DNA of 63,665 nucleotides, filler included, from Licmophora abbreviata (Eukaryota), in the NCBI GenBank assembly GCA_900291995.1. It is 16 parts of 16 records of this genome, joined end to end, with 100 filler letters (N's around TTAATTAATTAA, not from the genome) between each part and the next. Parts side by side here need not be neighbours in the genome. Positions count along the whole stretch, not along the records: positions 1 to 1,841 come from OLMU01002089.1; positions 1,942 to 3,977 come from OLMU01002090.1; positions 4,078 to 7,600 come from OLMU01002092.1; positions 7,701 to 8,940 come from OLMU01002093.1; positions 9,041 to 11,394 come from OLMU01002094.1; 11 more parts are not named here. One strand, written 5' to 3'. Shown piece by piece: positions 1-10,911 of this stretch. How positions within the stretch are numbered: the stretch's first letter is position 1; each line of letters begins with the position of its first letter. The notes below the pieces were generated by a model, which saw nothing but the letters and a program-made list of their open reading frames with translations, was not told the DNA's origin and did not search any database. The translations under genes were made by a program, and so were the position numbers.

Positions 1-2
1 AC

Positions 3-368
3 CAACAACCATTGCGCAACGACTTGATCGGAGGCTCTGGCGTTGGAGCAGGAAACTACACCATGTACACTCATGAGAACAGCGATGGAGAACCGCCAAC
101 TGCCGCAGTTGCTCGTCCGACGACAGCGGCCAGCTCATCTCGCGGCAGATCGAAAAGGACCAGCAACAGTAACACCAAGAAACGTAAGGCCGCTGGTGCC
201 AAGAAGAAAGCTTGGGGTGGTGGTCGCAAGAATAACTATCGCAAGAAATATGGTGGCGGTGGAAATAAGAAGCAGACATCGCGTCGTCGTCGGACCTCTT
301 CGAACCAGGACTATTCTCGACAAGACGCCGATCTCAAACACGTTGGCGGCGCCAACATTATATTTTAG
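3..368 (+). CDS. 3' end of a gene entering from the left edge; basic Lys/Arg/Gly-rich low-complexity C-terminal tail, function unknown
   Basis: Frame open from position 3 to TAG at 366-368. NLS-like KKRK and KKK clusters. AT-richer 3' UTR follows. Confidence 0.6.
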   Translation, partial: QQPLRNDLIGGSGVGAGNYTMYTHENSDGEPPTAAVARPTTAASSSRGRSKRTSNSNTKKRKAAGAKKKAWGGGRKNNYRKKYGGGGNKKQTSRRRRTSSNQDYSRQDADLKHVGGANIIF

Positions 369-570
369 TGGATGAGTAGTGATGATAAAGCATTGTGCTA
401 TAGCTAAAGCGCACAACATTTTAGTTCGCTACGGACAATTACTTTTACGAGTCAAAATGTTGGAGTATCGCTGCCTGTCCTCTGTTGCATTGAAAAATTC
501 AGCACTTGAATAGATTTGCACAAGATACTCCCTGCATTCGTTACTGCTCGTTCTTCTAAAGGAATGGATG

Positions 571-1686
571 CTAATACGGCTGCGTCATGGTCGTCGCTCC
601 GCCGACAAGCGAAGGGCGATGAAATGGCACACCGAGTGTTTGCGACAATCGTTTGCTAGGTTGTCCATTGTACTCGGCCTGCCGAATCCATACTTGACTG
701 ACATACTTGACGTCGATCGCGGGCAGGGCAGCATGCATGGCCATTTTGTCCAAGAGTCCATCGACTGTGGCCGGGAAAAAGATAATCGCCATTCCCTGGC
801 GAGGCTGCACTTCGAGGTTGAGTGCCGGAAAGGCGGTAGAACCACCTTGAGCACAATCATTCAAGTACACCAAAACAGTGACCGTACGCTGTCCACCATT
901 GAGAGCAAAGCGTCGTCCGTCTTCGTTGCTCAGGTCAAAGGCATCAAAGTGCTGGAGGTACTGTTGCGAAGGCAAGTATCGACCGACTTGGGGCAGTTCA
1001 CAGTGTTCAATTGGTTTTCCAGTCAGGAGCGACACCTTTCGAAGATAATCTGGCAAGTCTTCCCGCGCCAAGTAGCATGTCGAAGACGTACGACTTGCAC
1101 TAACTTCTCCAGACCCCTTTCCCACGACTGGAGCGGGTCCAAAGGCATCGGAGGAGTGGTGAATGAGAAAGTCGCACTCGTGCGGTGAAAGGAAATTGTC
1201 AACGCAAAAGATTGGAGGCGATGCGTGAAGCATGCGGAGTCCAGGATACTGCGGATTGACTCCATTGTACACGGGCTGGACCATTGGACGGTCCTGGACA
1301 GTCAAAGCAGCATCGTGAAAGGTATTGGGAATCAAAGCGGGTGGGGCCCCGGGAGAGCCGTGCAGCTGCAGAGAGACAGCCGATGCTTGCAGGTGATTTG
1401 GAATTAGATTGTGCGTCAACAGATGCGCCTGTGGTGCCGTAAAGAATGGCAGCGGTGCAAAGGAAGAATACGTCGGTACTATGGGCTGCATCGGAGGTGG
1501 GTGAACCGAAGGAAGCATCAACGAATGGTGCTGTTGCTGGACATGATTGGCTGCAACGGATGCTGCCACGGCAGTGCCAGTAGTGATCGGATCTTGTTTT
1601 TGTTGCTCCTCGTCCGCCGTAGACTTTTGGTCTTCGCCTTGAGACTCAACGGCAGTGGTGCCGAAGAGATTCGATTGTGCCGTCAT
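571..1686 (-). CDS. Prolyl 4-hydroxylase alpha-like 2OG-Fe(II) dioxygenase
   Basis: DNFLSPHECD, SRTSST, QVGRY..Q.Y..HFD (HxD), GGQRTVTVLVYLND..QGGSTAFP, distal HAALP and KY are all typical of the P4H family. Confidence 0.9.
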   Translation of the reverse strand: MTAQSNLFGTTAVESQGEDQKSTADEEQQKQDPITTGTAVAASVAANHVQQQHHSLMLPSVHPPPMQPIVPTYSSFAPLPFFTAPQAHLLTHNLIPNHLQASAVSLQLHGSPGAPPALIPNTFHDAALTVQDRPMVQPVYNGVNPQYPGLRMLHASPPIFCVDNFLSPHECDFLIHHSSDAFGPAPVVGKGSGEVSASRTSSTCYLAREDLPDYLRKVSLLTGKPIEHCELPQVGRYLPSQQYLQHFDAFDLSNEDGRRFALNGGQRTVTVLVYLNDCAQGGSTAFPALNLEVQPRQGMAIIFFPATVDGLLDKMAMHAALPAIDVKYVSQVWIRQAEYNGQPSKRLSQTLGVPFHRPSLVGGATTMTQPY

Positions 1687-1841
1687 CCTCGTTCTTTACT
1701 CGTTGCCTGCCGCCATTCAACGCTGTAGAGCCCCGACCGCGCCATGGCGTGTGATGGAAATGACGCAACTTCGCATCGCGGCGCCGCTCGCCGCGGTACA
1801 CCCGCTTCGTTTTGATTGGTGGATAGGGTTCGATTTGGACA

Positions 1842-1941
1842 NNNNNNNNNNNNNNNNNNNNNNNNNNNNNNNNNNNNNNNNNNNNTTAATTAATTAANNN
1901 NNNNNNNNNNNNNNNNNNNNNNNNNNNNNNNNNNNNNNNNN
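1842..1941. other. Assembly gap linker N44-TTAATTAATTAA-N44 (artificial). Same linker starts at 3978, 7601, 8941, 11395, 21116, 22646, 27075, 36195, 42345, 49144, 54194, 55654, 58483 and 62496
   Basis: Identical six-frame-stop spacer flanked by Ns at every contig junction. Confidence 0.98.
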
Positions 1942-1989
1942 AGATCTTTCGGTCTTCTGTTTCGCGCCAAAACACAAAAGTGAGACACC

Positions 1990-3483
1990 ATGATGAGAAC
2001 CCTGTTCTACAAGCTCGGTATTGCATTCACGCTGCTTGCTCTTGTGGCGGAGAGGTCGCTTGCCTTCTCAGTAGTACACAAGGGAAGCAGTGCTGTCGCG
2101 GCGGGGTCGTATTCGACGAGTGCAGTCCAGGCGTTTCTGTCTCATGCACCTACCATCGCGACGACTAGCTACAATCATCGCCTTCCACCCTTGCGTTATC
2201 GACTTGCCGACGAAGAGGACGATGAAACGACGTTGCTGAGGGTGAAGAATCGAACTCCTCCGGGGTTCGACATGCGCAAGAATCTGCAAGAAAATGAACA
2301 AGAGACAACGCAAAATCCACCAAAGTCGGCTGTCAATAGAGCTCTCGTCAAGGCTCTACTTATAAATCAAGCGCTCATTCTCTTCCTTGGAACGGTTGTA
2401 GGTTGCTTGTCATTCTTTTTCGCAGATGGATTTGGTGCAGTGAGTGATTTGAGTTCCGTCTTTCAGTGGAACGATGGCTTCGCATCAGTCTTGCCGTCGG
2501 GTAGTAATCGACTCCTCTTTGGTTTGCTTGGCGCCATTCCGGCCTTGCTCTTTTCCAATACGGTGGAGAACAGTGACAGGCGTGAGTTTGCCAATGTCAA
2601 CTTTAGTACCATCATCATGGTACTGACCTTGTTTGGACGACGGTCGTCTCCTGCTAAAGAGTTCCTTCCAGACTCATATCAGAGCAAAGCATTCCTAACG
2701 ACATCGTCAGTCGAGGCGCTCCTGTACAGCTTGCTTTTGAGTGTCGTCACGGGTGTATGCGAAGAAACAGTGTTTCGCGTAGAGATTCCGTCGCTAATGA
2801 CGCGCTTCTTGGGATGGGATCCCATCACTACCTTGCTGGGATCCGCCCTGGCCTTTGGGCTCGGACATGCGCAGCCAGGCACAGGACTCAAGGAGAATGG
2901 CATCGTGGTAGCTTTGCAAGCCGCGAATGGCCTCTGGTTTGGCCTCATCTACCTATTGGCGGGTGGGGATATCGGGACGTGTATGATCACACATGCTGTC
3001 TTTGATTTCGTTGTATTTTTCAAAACGTGGTCTGACGCCAACGCTCAAGTCGAATATGCCGAAAGAATGTGTTTGGAACCTCTGGATCCGGAAGAAGAGC
3101 GAGAGGTGAAAGAAGCGCTGCGATCGGCCCCGGGCAAGAAAGATGAACCACGCATCCTTAACAACGTGAAACGTCTGTTCTATACGTTTGATTTTGACAA
3201 GAACTCAACCTTGAGTTTGTCGGAAGTGCGAAAGGGACTTTCGTACTATGCGTTGGAACGACAAGGGAATCCGCCTCAGCAGGAGCAAGTCGATGCTCTG
3301 TTTGCCAAGGCGATTGCGTCGCGGAAAGCCTCCAGCACAGAGGACAGTAATCGCCTCCACATTGCTGACTTTGTTCGACTGACCAGTCTGAGTAGCCAGC
3401 TAAAAGGCTGCTGCCTCAGGCGGAGGGTAACTGTGGTGGAACGGAGCATTGAAGCGTCAGCAAGCTATTTCCTAGGATTCTAA
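1990..3483 (+). CDS. CPBP/Abi (CAAX-protease-like) intramembrane metalloprotease with C-terminal EF-hand region; probably plastid-targeted
   Basis: Signal peptide ending SLA-F, then a Ser/Ala/Thr-rich transit peptide. Several TM segments. CPBP motifs EETVFR, FGLGH, HAVFD. EF-hand loop DFDKNSTLSLSE. Confidence 0.8.
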   Translation: MMRTLFYKLGIAFTLLALVAERSLAFSVVHKGSSAVAAGSYSTSAVQAFLSHAPTIATTSYNHRLPPLRYRLADEEDDETTLLRVKNRTPPGFDMRKNLQENEQETTQNPPKSAVNRALVKALLINQALILFLGTVVGCLSFFFADGFGAVSDLSSVFQWNDGFASVLPSGSNRLLFGLLGAIPALLFSNTVENSDRREFANVNFSTIIMVLTLFGRRSSPAKEFLPDSYQSKAFLTTSSVEALLYSLLLSVVTGVCEETVFRVEIPSLMTRFLGWDPITTLLGSALAFGLGHAQPGTGLKENGIVVALQAANGLWFGLIYLLAGGDIGTCMITHAVFDFVVFFKTWSDANAQVEYAERMCLEPLDPEEEREVKEALRSAPGKKDEPRILNNVKRLFYTFDFDKNSTLSLSEVRKGLSYYALERQGNPPQQEQVDALFAKAIASRKASSTEDSNRLHIADFVRLTSLSSQLKGCCLRRRVTVVERSIEASASYFLGF

Positions 3484-4397
3484 GATCATTCAGTATCTCT
3501 AAAGTACATAAATTACACGGCTCTAAAGCTCACGGTTCTAAATCTCTAAAGCTGCGACGATGCGGTTGATAGGCTTCGTTGAGACGCTCTCTGCGTCTTT
3601 CTGTCCGTGAGGTTGTAGAAACGCTGTCGGATGACAGTGTCTCTCCTCTCGTTTTGCTCTACACTGGTCTACCAGTATCGGTAGCAAGCGAAGGTGCGAT
3701 GGGCCCATCCATCCGCCAATCAAGCAGTTGATGTACAACTCTAAACGACAGATGTTCCCGTGTTTCGCACTGCACTCATCATCGCCAACCGCATGGCTGC
3801 ACGGCCGATACGGACATCGATGAACTCCAGACCCAGAGACAGTCACACTCTTGTTTGAATAACAGCTGCCGCTATCACAGATGCGACCCTTGGACACGGT
3901 GTACCTCTTCCGGCAGTGCTCCGTAGATCTGCACCCATTGCATCGTTTCCCGTTCTATCGCAAGCCACCACAGACTTNNNNNNNNNNNNNNNNNNNNNNN
4001 NNNNNNNNNNNNNNNNNNNNNTTAATTAATTAANNNNNNNNNNNNNNNNNNNNNNNNNNNNNNNNNNNNNNNNNNNNAGCATCTTATTGGGCCTGATTAT
4101 TTGTCCCGTAGAATATCACAGAGTCACAAATGACCCAGCCACGGCCATCTTTGGGCCTTATGCAATTTACGCTTACACTCTTCCCGACGATCTCATTTTA
4201 TGCCACTATCGTCCCTTTCTATTTATGGTCTGATCATGAGAAGCTTCACGAGAGTCTCACTGACTGCGATGCGTGAATGCGCCCAAGGAAGATGGGGGCA
4301 AAAAAGTTCCTCTCACTCTTTTGCCCTCGCGTCTTTTGTCAGGACACACAGTCTCTTTTCAGAGCTACACCCGAGACATTTGCTAACAACATCAACC

Positions 4398-5336
4398 ATG
4401 AACTTGAACGCCCTTGGATCTCTTCTAACGGAAGCGAGTGAGCTCTCGACCGATGGTTTCGACATGGAGCCTTTGGCCATCTCGTCGAATCACCATCATC
4501 ATCACCACTCTACTACTCACGAGATGCCGCTTCCCAAGCCCCCTGTGACTGTATCCCCCATCAAGCCCAGGTCGTCTTCTGAATCCAATCTGGAAAAACC
4601 TAAGCGCCCTCTTTCTGCCTACAATATCTTCTTTCGTCATCAGCGTAACAGAATCATCTCACCTGATGCCGAGCAGGACCAGGTTCCACTAACGGCTGAC
4701 TCCATCAAGCTCGATACCTCTCGAACGCGCAAGAAGCGTCTTCATCGCAAGACTCATGGAAAGATTGGATTCGCCGACCTCGCCCGTCAAATTGCTAATA
4801 AATGGAAGACACTCGATGACGACTCGCGTAAAATTTTCGAGACTGTCGCCGGACAGGAGAAGATGCGTTATGCCGACGAAATGAAGGAGTGGAAGCGAGC
4901 GAAGGAGCTTCAACAGATCCAGGAAGATGCCCGAGCGAACGAAGTCGACACCGAACCTATTCGAATGAACCACGATCATTACAACTACATTCCAGTCTCT
5001 ACTGGCAGCTACTTTCAACAACAGCCACCTCCTCAGCCGGCGAACGACGGCGACGATTACCTTCAAATGACTGAGGCGACCCTCGACATGGCTCGATCCT
5101 CTTTGTCACTTCCTCTTTTCAGTGGGTCGAACAGCGGAGGACAGGTGAGGAGAGGTAGCAACTTTGAGCCATCTAGCCTGCAACATATCGCCGCAACTTC
5201 GACTCAAAGTTCTAGCGAACTGAGTCGCCAGTTCCGCGAGATGCTCTACCCCAACAACTACAGTCAAAGTGCTTCATCGCTTCGGTCGTTCAAGTCCCCC
5301 GAGGAAGAGGCTTTCTACAGGCACTACTTTGGTTAA
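4398..5336 (+). CDS. HMG-box transcription factor (diatom type, with RKTHGKIGF insertion)
   Basis: KPKRPLSAYNIFF...HRKTHGKIGFADLARQIANKWKTL...EKMRY. Likely start at ATG 4398 (ACCATG context), in frame with ORF 4200..5336. Confidence 0.9.
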   Translation: MNLNALGSLLTEASELSTDGFDMEPLAISSNHHHHHHSTTHEMPLPKPPVTVSPIKPRSSSESNLEKPKRPLSAYNIFFRHQRNRIISPDAEQDQVPLTADSIKLDTSRTRKKRLHRKTHGKIGFADLARQIANKWKTLDDDSRKIFETVAGQEKMRYADEMKEWKRAKELQQIQEDARANEVDTEPIRMNHDHYNYIPVSTGSYFQQQPPPQPANDGDDYLQMTEATLDMARSSLSLPLFSGSNSGGQVRRGSNFEPSSLQHIAATSTQSSSELSRQFREMLYPNNYSQSASSLRSFKSPEEEAFYRHYFG

Positions 5337-5448
5337 ATCGGGGTCGCCATGGTGCCATCACGGTTTGGGAAATAAGACACGTAAACCACATAGGACTGTA
5401 TTCTATCAAAAACATAAAATACTTCGTGGTTGATACTAGCGTAGCAAT

Positions 5449-7323
5449 TTAAGTTGATTGCATTGGAGCATTTTCCATCGACGGAGGATCGACTTTATAA
5501 GCGACGGATGAAGGTCGAGCGACGTCCCATACCATCATCGCCACGCCTCCCTCCAGCGCAACGCTTGCCGTCTCGTTGTGAGGTGGGCCATTATTCAAGA
5601 GACGCGTCCCAGCAGTTCCTATAGTGGAGCCGTCCGGGCGCGAGCGTGATTTTCCATCGTCGGCAACAACCTGCAGAACGAAATAGTGTGAGCCAATCTC
5701 TTCCTTCTTGTTCTCAACCTTAAGTTTTGAAGCAGGTTTAACATCACTCAGGAGACTAGAAGCAGCCGAGCATACCACTTCATGCATAGCGCACGGTAGG
5801 ATTAACCCTCTCATCTCCAGCACAGAATGAACACCTACTTGCTGCGGAGTCTCCACATCATTCCGTCGATTTGTGACACGTAAACTCTGTAGGACTGAAT
5901 GATGAAATGGTCCAAGCCCTCGGCACAAGAGCAGTGGGACTTCTCCATTCCCTGTCCTCCAGGAGCCTTCGCCGTTTCCAAGTGTATTAAGGAAGAGCTC
6001 AAAGAAGGCAGCACAATCGTCGTCACCGACCAAATATAGTGGGGGGATAGCTTTGGGTGACTGCTTGATCTGGCTCCGCTTGACACGCATAGACACAGAA
6101 ACATCAGCGCCAGCGGTTTCCCCGAGTGCCTGGGCTCGGCGTAACGCCTCCAGTTCTTCTCGGACCATGTCAGGGTCGTTGCTCAAATCGGGCTGGACCG
6201 AAACGCTATCCAGAACGGATTCATTGAAAGGCACTTCCCTTCCCATTTCGCCCCGCACGTACAAACTGACTCCCATGCTACGCAGTTTCATCCTTAACTC
6301 CCGCGTTGCCGATGAAAGAACCACAGTGGGGCTAACCTCTATCGAACCGTCGGATAGGTTTCGTTCGCTGGTCCGAAAATGAACTGTCTGTCCCACGGAC
6401 ACCGAGTAGAAGCAGGCGTCAAGCAACGTCTTTGGTGAGACATCTCGTCGCCACACGCTGCGTAGCTCTCCTACTCGAGATAGGAACTTGAAGTACAGCG
6501 ATCGAAAAGACTCTTGCCACTCCCTATTGCGGCGTTCACGCCAGAGTTCCACGTCGTCGGCGTGACGGGTGTACCTAGTCAGAAACGCATGTCGCCCAAG
6601 CACATCCCCAATCATTTCCGCCGCTCGGTGTAAAGAGGGGTGTACGGATGATGATACTTCCTTCATGGGCTGTACCAAGGAGTCCTCCACAGACTCTTTC
6701 GCATGGCCAGGAGGAATTTCCACTGCCGGGTGTTGCCAGTAAAGACGAGCTTTCTCCCAGTGATCCTTTGGGCTGAGAGGTTTTCCATCGTTCGCGTTCG
6801 ACACGAAAGACCGCAGGGCCCGTTGCTCGGTCATATCGCCACAGCTCGTACTCGTCGATCCTGGAAGGCAATGGCTTGGATGACATTCGATCCGAAATCT
6901 CCGTTTGAGGGTCCAATCTAGTACGCCAAGTGACCCCGAAGTGGTGTCCAGGCTTGCATGCCGCCACTCATTGACTCCTTGGGGCTCCTCTCGGGGTGCA
7001 TCACTAGCCTCGCTTCCCTCTTCGTCGTCCGACGTAGTTCGGTGAATGTGCTTCAAATGAAAAGGACTCGTGACGCTATCGAGAATTTTCTGCAGTCCAA
7101 ATCCCCCTGGGCTCTGGAAGGGGGGCATGCTTCGTGATCGACTTGTCGTTGACGATAGTGAGGTAGGAGTGGCCGACGCATCCCAACGCAGTCGACTCTG
7201 GCTTCTGCTACTGTCCCCAGGAGTATTCGGCTCGGCATGTCCCACAGCAGGTTCGGAATACAAAATTGACTTGGTGGGCGTTAAGGAGGGATCCGGTGTC
7301 GGAGAAAGAGATGCTCGCTCCAT
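5449..7323 (-). CDS. DONSON: DONSON (downstream neighbour of SON)-like replisome factor
   Basis: LDWTLKRRFR, YWQHP, EWQESFRSLY and GLILP motifs match conserved DONSON blocks. Single 624-aa ORF. Confidence 0.75.
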   Translation of the reverse strand: MERASLSPTPDPSLTPTKSILYSEPAVGHAEPNTPGDSSRSQSRLRWDASATPTSLSSTTSRSRSMPPFQSPGGFGLQKILDSVTSPFHLKHIHRTTSDDEEGSEASDAPREEPQGVNEWRHASLDTTSGSLGVLDWTLKRRFRIECHPSHCLPGSTSTSCGDMTEQRALRSFVSNANDGKPLSPKDHWEKARLYWQHPAVEIPPGHAKESVEDSLVQPMKEVSSSVHPSLHRAAEMIGDVLGRHAFLTRYTRHADDVELWRERRNREWQESFRSLYFKFLSRVGELRSVWRRDVSPKTLLDACFYSVSVGQTVHFRTSERNLSDGSIEVSPTVVLSSATRELRMKLRSMGVSLYVRGEMGREVPFNESVLDSVSVQPDLSNDPDMVREELEALRRAQALGETAGADVSVSMRVKRSQIKQSPKAIPPLYLVGDDDCAAFFELFLNTLGNGEGSWRTGNGEVPLLLCRGLGPFHHSVLQSLRVTNRRNDVETPQQVGVHSVLEMRGLILPCAMHEVVCSAASSLLSDVKPASKLKVENKKEEIGSHYFVLQVVADDGKSRSRPDGSTIGTAGTRLLNNGPPHNETASVALEGGVAMMVWDVARPSSVAYKVDPPSMENAPMQST

Positions 7324-7700
7324 AACTGCTCCAAACAGAGAGTGCCCTTTCGCTTTCGGAGTGATGCTGTCATGGTCGGCAGCCTTGAGCGAAGTCTGTC
7401 GTCCTGGAACTTTCCTCCTTCGAACAATAGAAAAGGTCGATCGGCTTCCTTCTACTTGACTTTCTTGCGATCCGTATCGCTCATCAGTGTCGCTTCGTCT
7501 AGTCAGCGAAAGGGACGACTCCGATAGACTTCGATGGTCATCAGTATTTCGTTGGGAGGAGCGTGTTCGTTTTCTTGAACCAAGGAATCCGTTTTCGGGA
7601 NNNNNNNNNNNNNNNNNNNNNNNNNNNNNNNNNNNNNNNNNNNNTTAATTAATTAANNNNNNNNNNNNNNNNNNNNNNNNNNNNNNNNNNNNNNNNNNNN

Positions 7701-8799
7701 ATCACCGACTGCCCATAGAGAGGTAAGCGAAAGGAGGCCGTAGTACAGCGTTCCGTCGGTTCCCATTCCACCAGCACACGTCCCCCGAAGTGTGTTTTGA
7801 AACAACGAGCGATGGGTGGCGATAGAAATGCTCAGTTTGTTGGTATTTGGAATAGTACGAACCGTCGTAGAGACAACCGTTCGGCTAGAGAATGATCGCG
7901 TCGTTCCAATTGCCAACTGATGCCGAAGGGGGGAACGTGCAAAGAGGGTCAGTGCTGCGCTAGACATGTGCCGGGGACAGTGCACTATTTGTCTTACCTT
8001 GTAAGGATCGCTGATATCTAGCTCAGCCGTAATATCAGTCCCTTGCACAGGTTTGTATCCGACAGCTACCTGACCGGAGGCGTTGGCATTGCCATTGCTC
8101 TCATAATTGCTACTGCCACCAACCTTCACGTTCCATTTGTTTCCTGTCCCAGGCGATGTTGATGTGACGTTAAACGCAATGTGTGCCTCCTTCAATTCGG
8201 GTATCGTCATTTGTTCGTTTCCTTCTCCTAGAAAGGCTGTCGACTCGGTTGTACATGGAAACTCCAATGTTCCAGACACGTGCACCTCCTGATCAAATTG
8301 TTCAAAGTCCAAAGCCTGAAGTTCCTCTTGCAGAAGACCATTGGCTAGCTTGGAATATCCCAGTTCATGGAGTCGGCTCAGTTTCGGGTACAAGGTTTCA
8401 GGATCCGCATTATTCAATGTTCGCTTGACGAAGCCGACACCGTCGTGGCCGTACTCGTCATACGCTTGCCGTAGCACCGGGTCGGTCAAGATTTCGTCTG
8501 CAGCAAAAGTGCAAGAGAAAAGGAAACTTAGTCAAATCATAATTCCGCATAAATTACTATACCAGCCATCATTGCGACTCACGCGCATTCTTGAAGGCGA
8601 CAAAGACTTCTTGGGCTGCCTCACGAGACTGCCCCGGTGGCTGCTTGTCGGGATGAAAGGACCTAGACAGCAGTTTGTAAGACTGCTGGATCGCGTCGTT
8701 GGACGCCTCACGGTCCACATTGAGAATTGCATATGGGTCTATCACAGGGATGGTCGCTCCATTTTCGTTGGGGGTGCCCTTCTGCTGGTGGTGGCTCAT
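7701..8799 (-). CDS. DnaJ-domain protein, DNAJC11-like; 3' end lost in gap. Introns 8498-8582 and 7917-7997
   Basis: J-domain DPYAILNV...FHPDK...AHEIL.DP..RQAYDEYG, reconstructed across a GT-AG intron. Downstream region rich in beta-strands. Confidence 0.8.
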
Positions 8800-9354
8800 G
8801 ACAGGAGAAGCGGCGTGGCGACGGACGACGAGCCATCATGGTGTAGGATGATAACAACGCGTTGCCATCACTTTCTTCCCATCCATGACTTGTGACATTT
8901 TGGATCATAAGTTTATGACCTTTCCGAAACCGGGCATCTTNNNNNNNNNNNNNNNNNNNNNNNNNNNNNNNNNNNNNNNNNNNNTTAATTAATTAANNNN
9001 NNNNNNNNNNNNNNNNNNNNNNNNNNNNNNNNNNNNNNNNCCCGATACTTTATCCCATCATCCATTCATTCCCAGCGACGCGTCCAGAGTGTACTTGTTA
9101 GGTGATGACCTGTTGGCAAAGCAGTATGTTCTAGTGAAAAGCGATGACAGGAAAAGAACAGTCCATAGCTACTAAGGAAAGTCTTCTGTGTCCCTCTGTA
9201 TCCCTACAAAATAAAAAGCGGCGAAATCTGCTCTATATAATTTGCAGAAGTTTGCATGGTGCGTTTCTCTCTTGAAAATGCTCGCAGCTGGACCTGGTCA
9301 ACTAAACGATATGCATTTACATCATGTAACGACTCGGATTATTCTCGCCCAGAA

Positions 9355-10542
9355 TCATATCTGAAATCGAGCCGGCGATAGAAAGTCGGCGTTCCAATTG
9401 CCCACTTTTTCATCATTGAGAGCCCAGTCGCACAACATCTGACCCAGAGCCGGTGTCATTTTAAACCCATGTCCAGATAGACCCGCCGCAACGAAGGTTC
9501 TCGAGGTGCCCGCGGGCTGCCCTACCATGAAGTGGCTGTCGGGCGTCATGGTGTACATGCATGGTTGTGCATCCGCCCACGCCAGGGAATCGCTATTGGA
9601 CAAGGAACACTGAATAGCTTCTCGCAACTCTTGCTGCTCTGCATGACTAATATCAAGAGGAGAATCGTCAGGAGAAATGGCTGCATCACGGAGATGTAGG
9701 CCCATCTTGGTCCAGCGAGGGTTGTCGCTGTGAGGATCTACCGGTATCCCATAGAGTGGCAGTGGGCTCTTTGACGTGGACATGTACCATGTCGGCATAT
9801 TGGAAGGATCGTAAAGTGTAGGATCCGAGACGCCTGAGACGTCCATCCAGGCTTGCAACTGTCGCGTAACTCGTAGGTTCGATCGCCAGCTCGGTATCAG
9901 CGCGGACGCCCAAGCACCTGCTGCCACAATGACACTTCGGGCGGTCAGGATCTCTTGTGTACCGTTTCTGTTGACTTCTACCTCAACAATGGAATCCCCT
10001 GGCTCACTCTCTACTTCTCGAATCGACTGTACCTTGGTCTTCTCCCACACGGCGGCTCCTCTTGATTCCGCCTGGCGCAGAGCCGCAAGTATGGCGGCTT
10101 CCGGTCGCACAAAGCCACCTCCAGGTTCCAACAAACCTACTAGATCTGTTTGATCACACTGAAACTGTGGAAATCGTTCCTGTAGATCAGAATTTGATAA
10201 GCGTTCCACTGGAATCCCATGTTTCCGCGCCGAGCGTTCACAGGAGGCAATGACATCTCCATTCGGTTCTTCCATAACAAGCGTCCCACACTCCTGCAGC
10301 AAGGAAGTATTGGAGACACTCTCCAGATTTCGAAATTCGCGTATGGAGTGTTGAATCCATGGGACGTAATTGCTGTGCTCAAAGTAGGCGTGTCGGTAAA
10401 TGCGAGAGGCGCCGTGGGACGACCCAAATGCGTGGCCTCGCACGAACTGTTCGATGCCCAGAATGTTCTTTGTTTGTTTCGACACACTGCGAAGGGCAAA
10501 ACTTCCTACACCGCCCATGCCAATCACAATGACATCCAGCAT
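9355..10542 (-). CDS. Monomeric sarcosine oxidase / pipecolate oxidase family FAD oxidoreductase
   Basis: MLDVIVIGMGGVGS (GxGxxG), GSSHGASRIYRHAY, CMYTMTPDSHF (covalent FAD Cys), GLSGHGFKMTPALG. Start placed at ATG 10542. Confidence 0.9.
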   Translation of the reverse strand: MLDVIVIGMGGVGSFALRSVSKQTKNILGIEQFVRGHAFGSSHGASRIYRHAYFEHSNYVPWIQHSIREFRNLESVSNTSLLQECGTLVMEEPNGDVIASCERSARKHGIPVERLSNSDLQERFPQFQCDQTDLVGLLEPGGGFVRPEAAILAALRQAESRGAAVWEKTKVQSIREVESEPGDSIVEVEVNRNGTQEILTARSVIVAAGAWASALIPSWRSNLRVTRQLQAWMDVSGVSDPTLYDPSNMPTWYMSTSKSPLPLYGIPVDPHSDNPRWTKMGLHLRDAAISPDDSPLDISHAEQQELREAIQCSLSNSDSLAWADAQPCMYTMTPDSHFMVGQPAGTSRTFVAAGLSGHGFKMTPALGQMLCDWALNDEKVGNWNADFLSPARFQI

Positions 10543-10911
10543 GACGACTCGAAAACGGTACCATAGGCATTGGCAACGGGGACTGAGACGACGGACGATG
10601 ACATGGTCAGCAACTGTGTTGATGATGTGTCTGATGATTTCGTCGCCGCGAAACAATAAAAATTTGATGTCAGCGCCGTACAGACGGCGCTGAATGCGCG
10701 TAAACGGGCGTCCAACGAAGCGCGACGAGACATACACACACAAACAAATGTCAATTGACACTCATCAAGAACCATCCATGTTATCTTGTTCAGGTCTTTG
10801 TTTGGTGTCGAGTGGATCATGACACGACCAGCGCCATCCCATGGGACCCTTGCATTCTCCGTTCAGAACCACACGCGAAAAATTGCGAGACTGCAAAGAG
10901 CGACTCTCGTG

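Noticed and set aside
3538..3897. 119-aa minus-strand ORF; likewise 51549-52001
   Set aside because: Non-ATG start or non-protein-like composition; probably intergenic.
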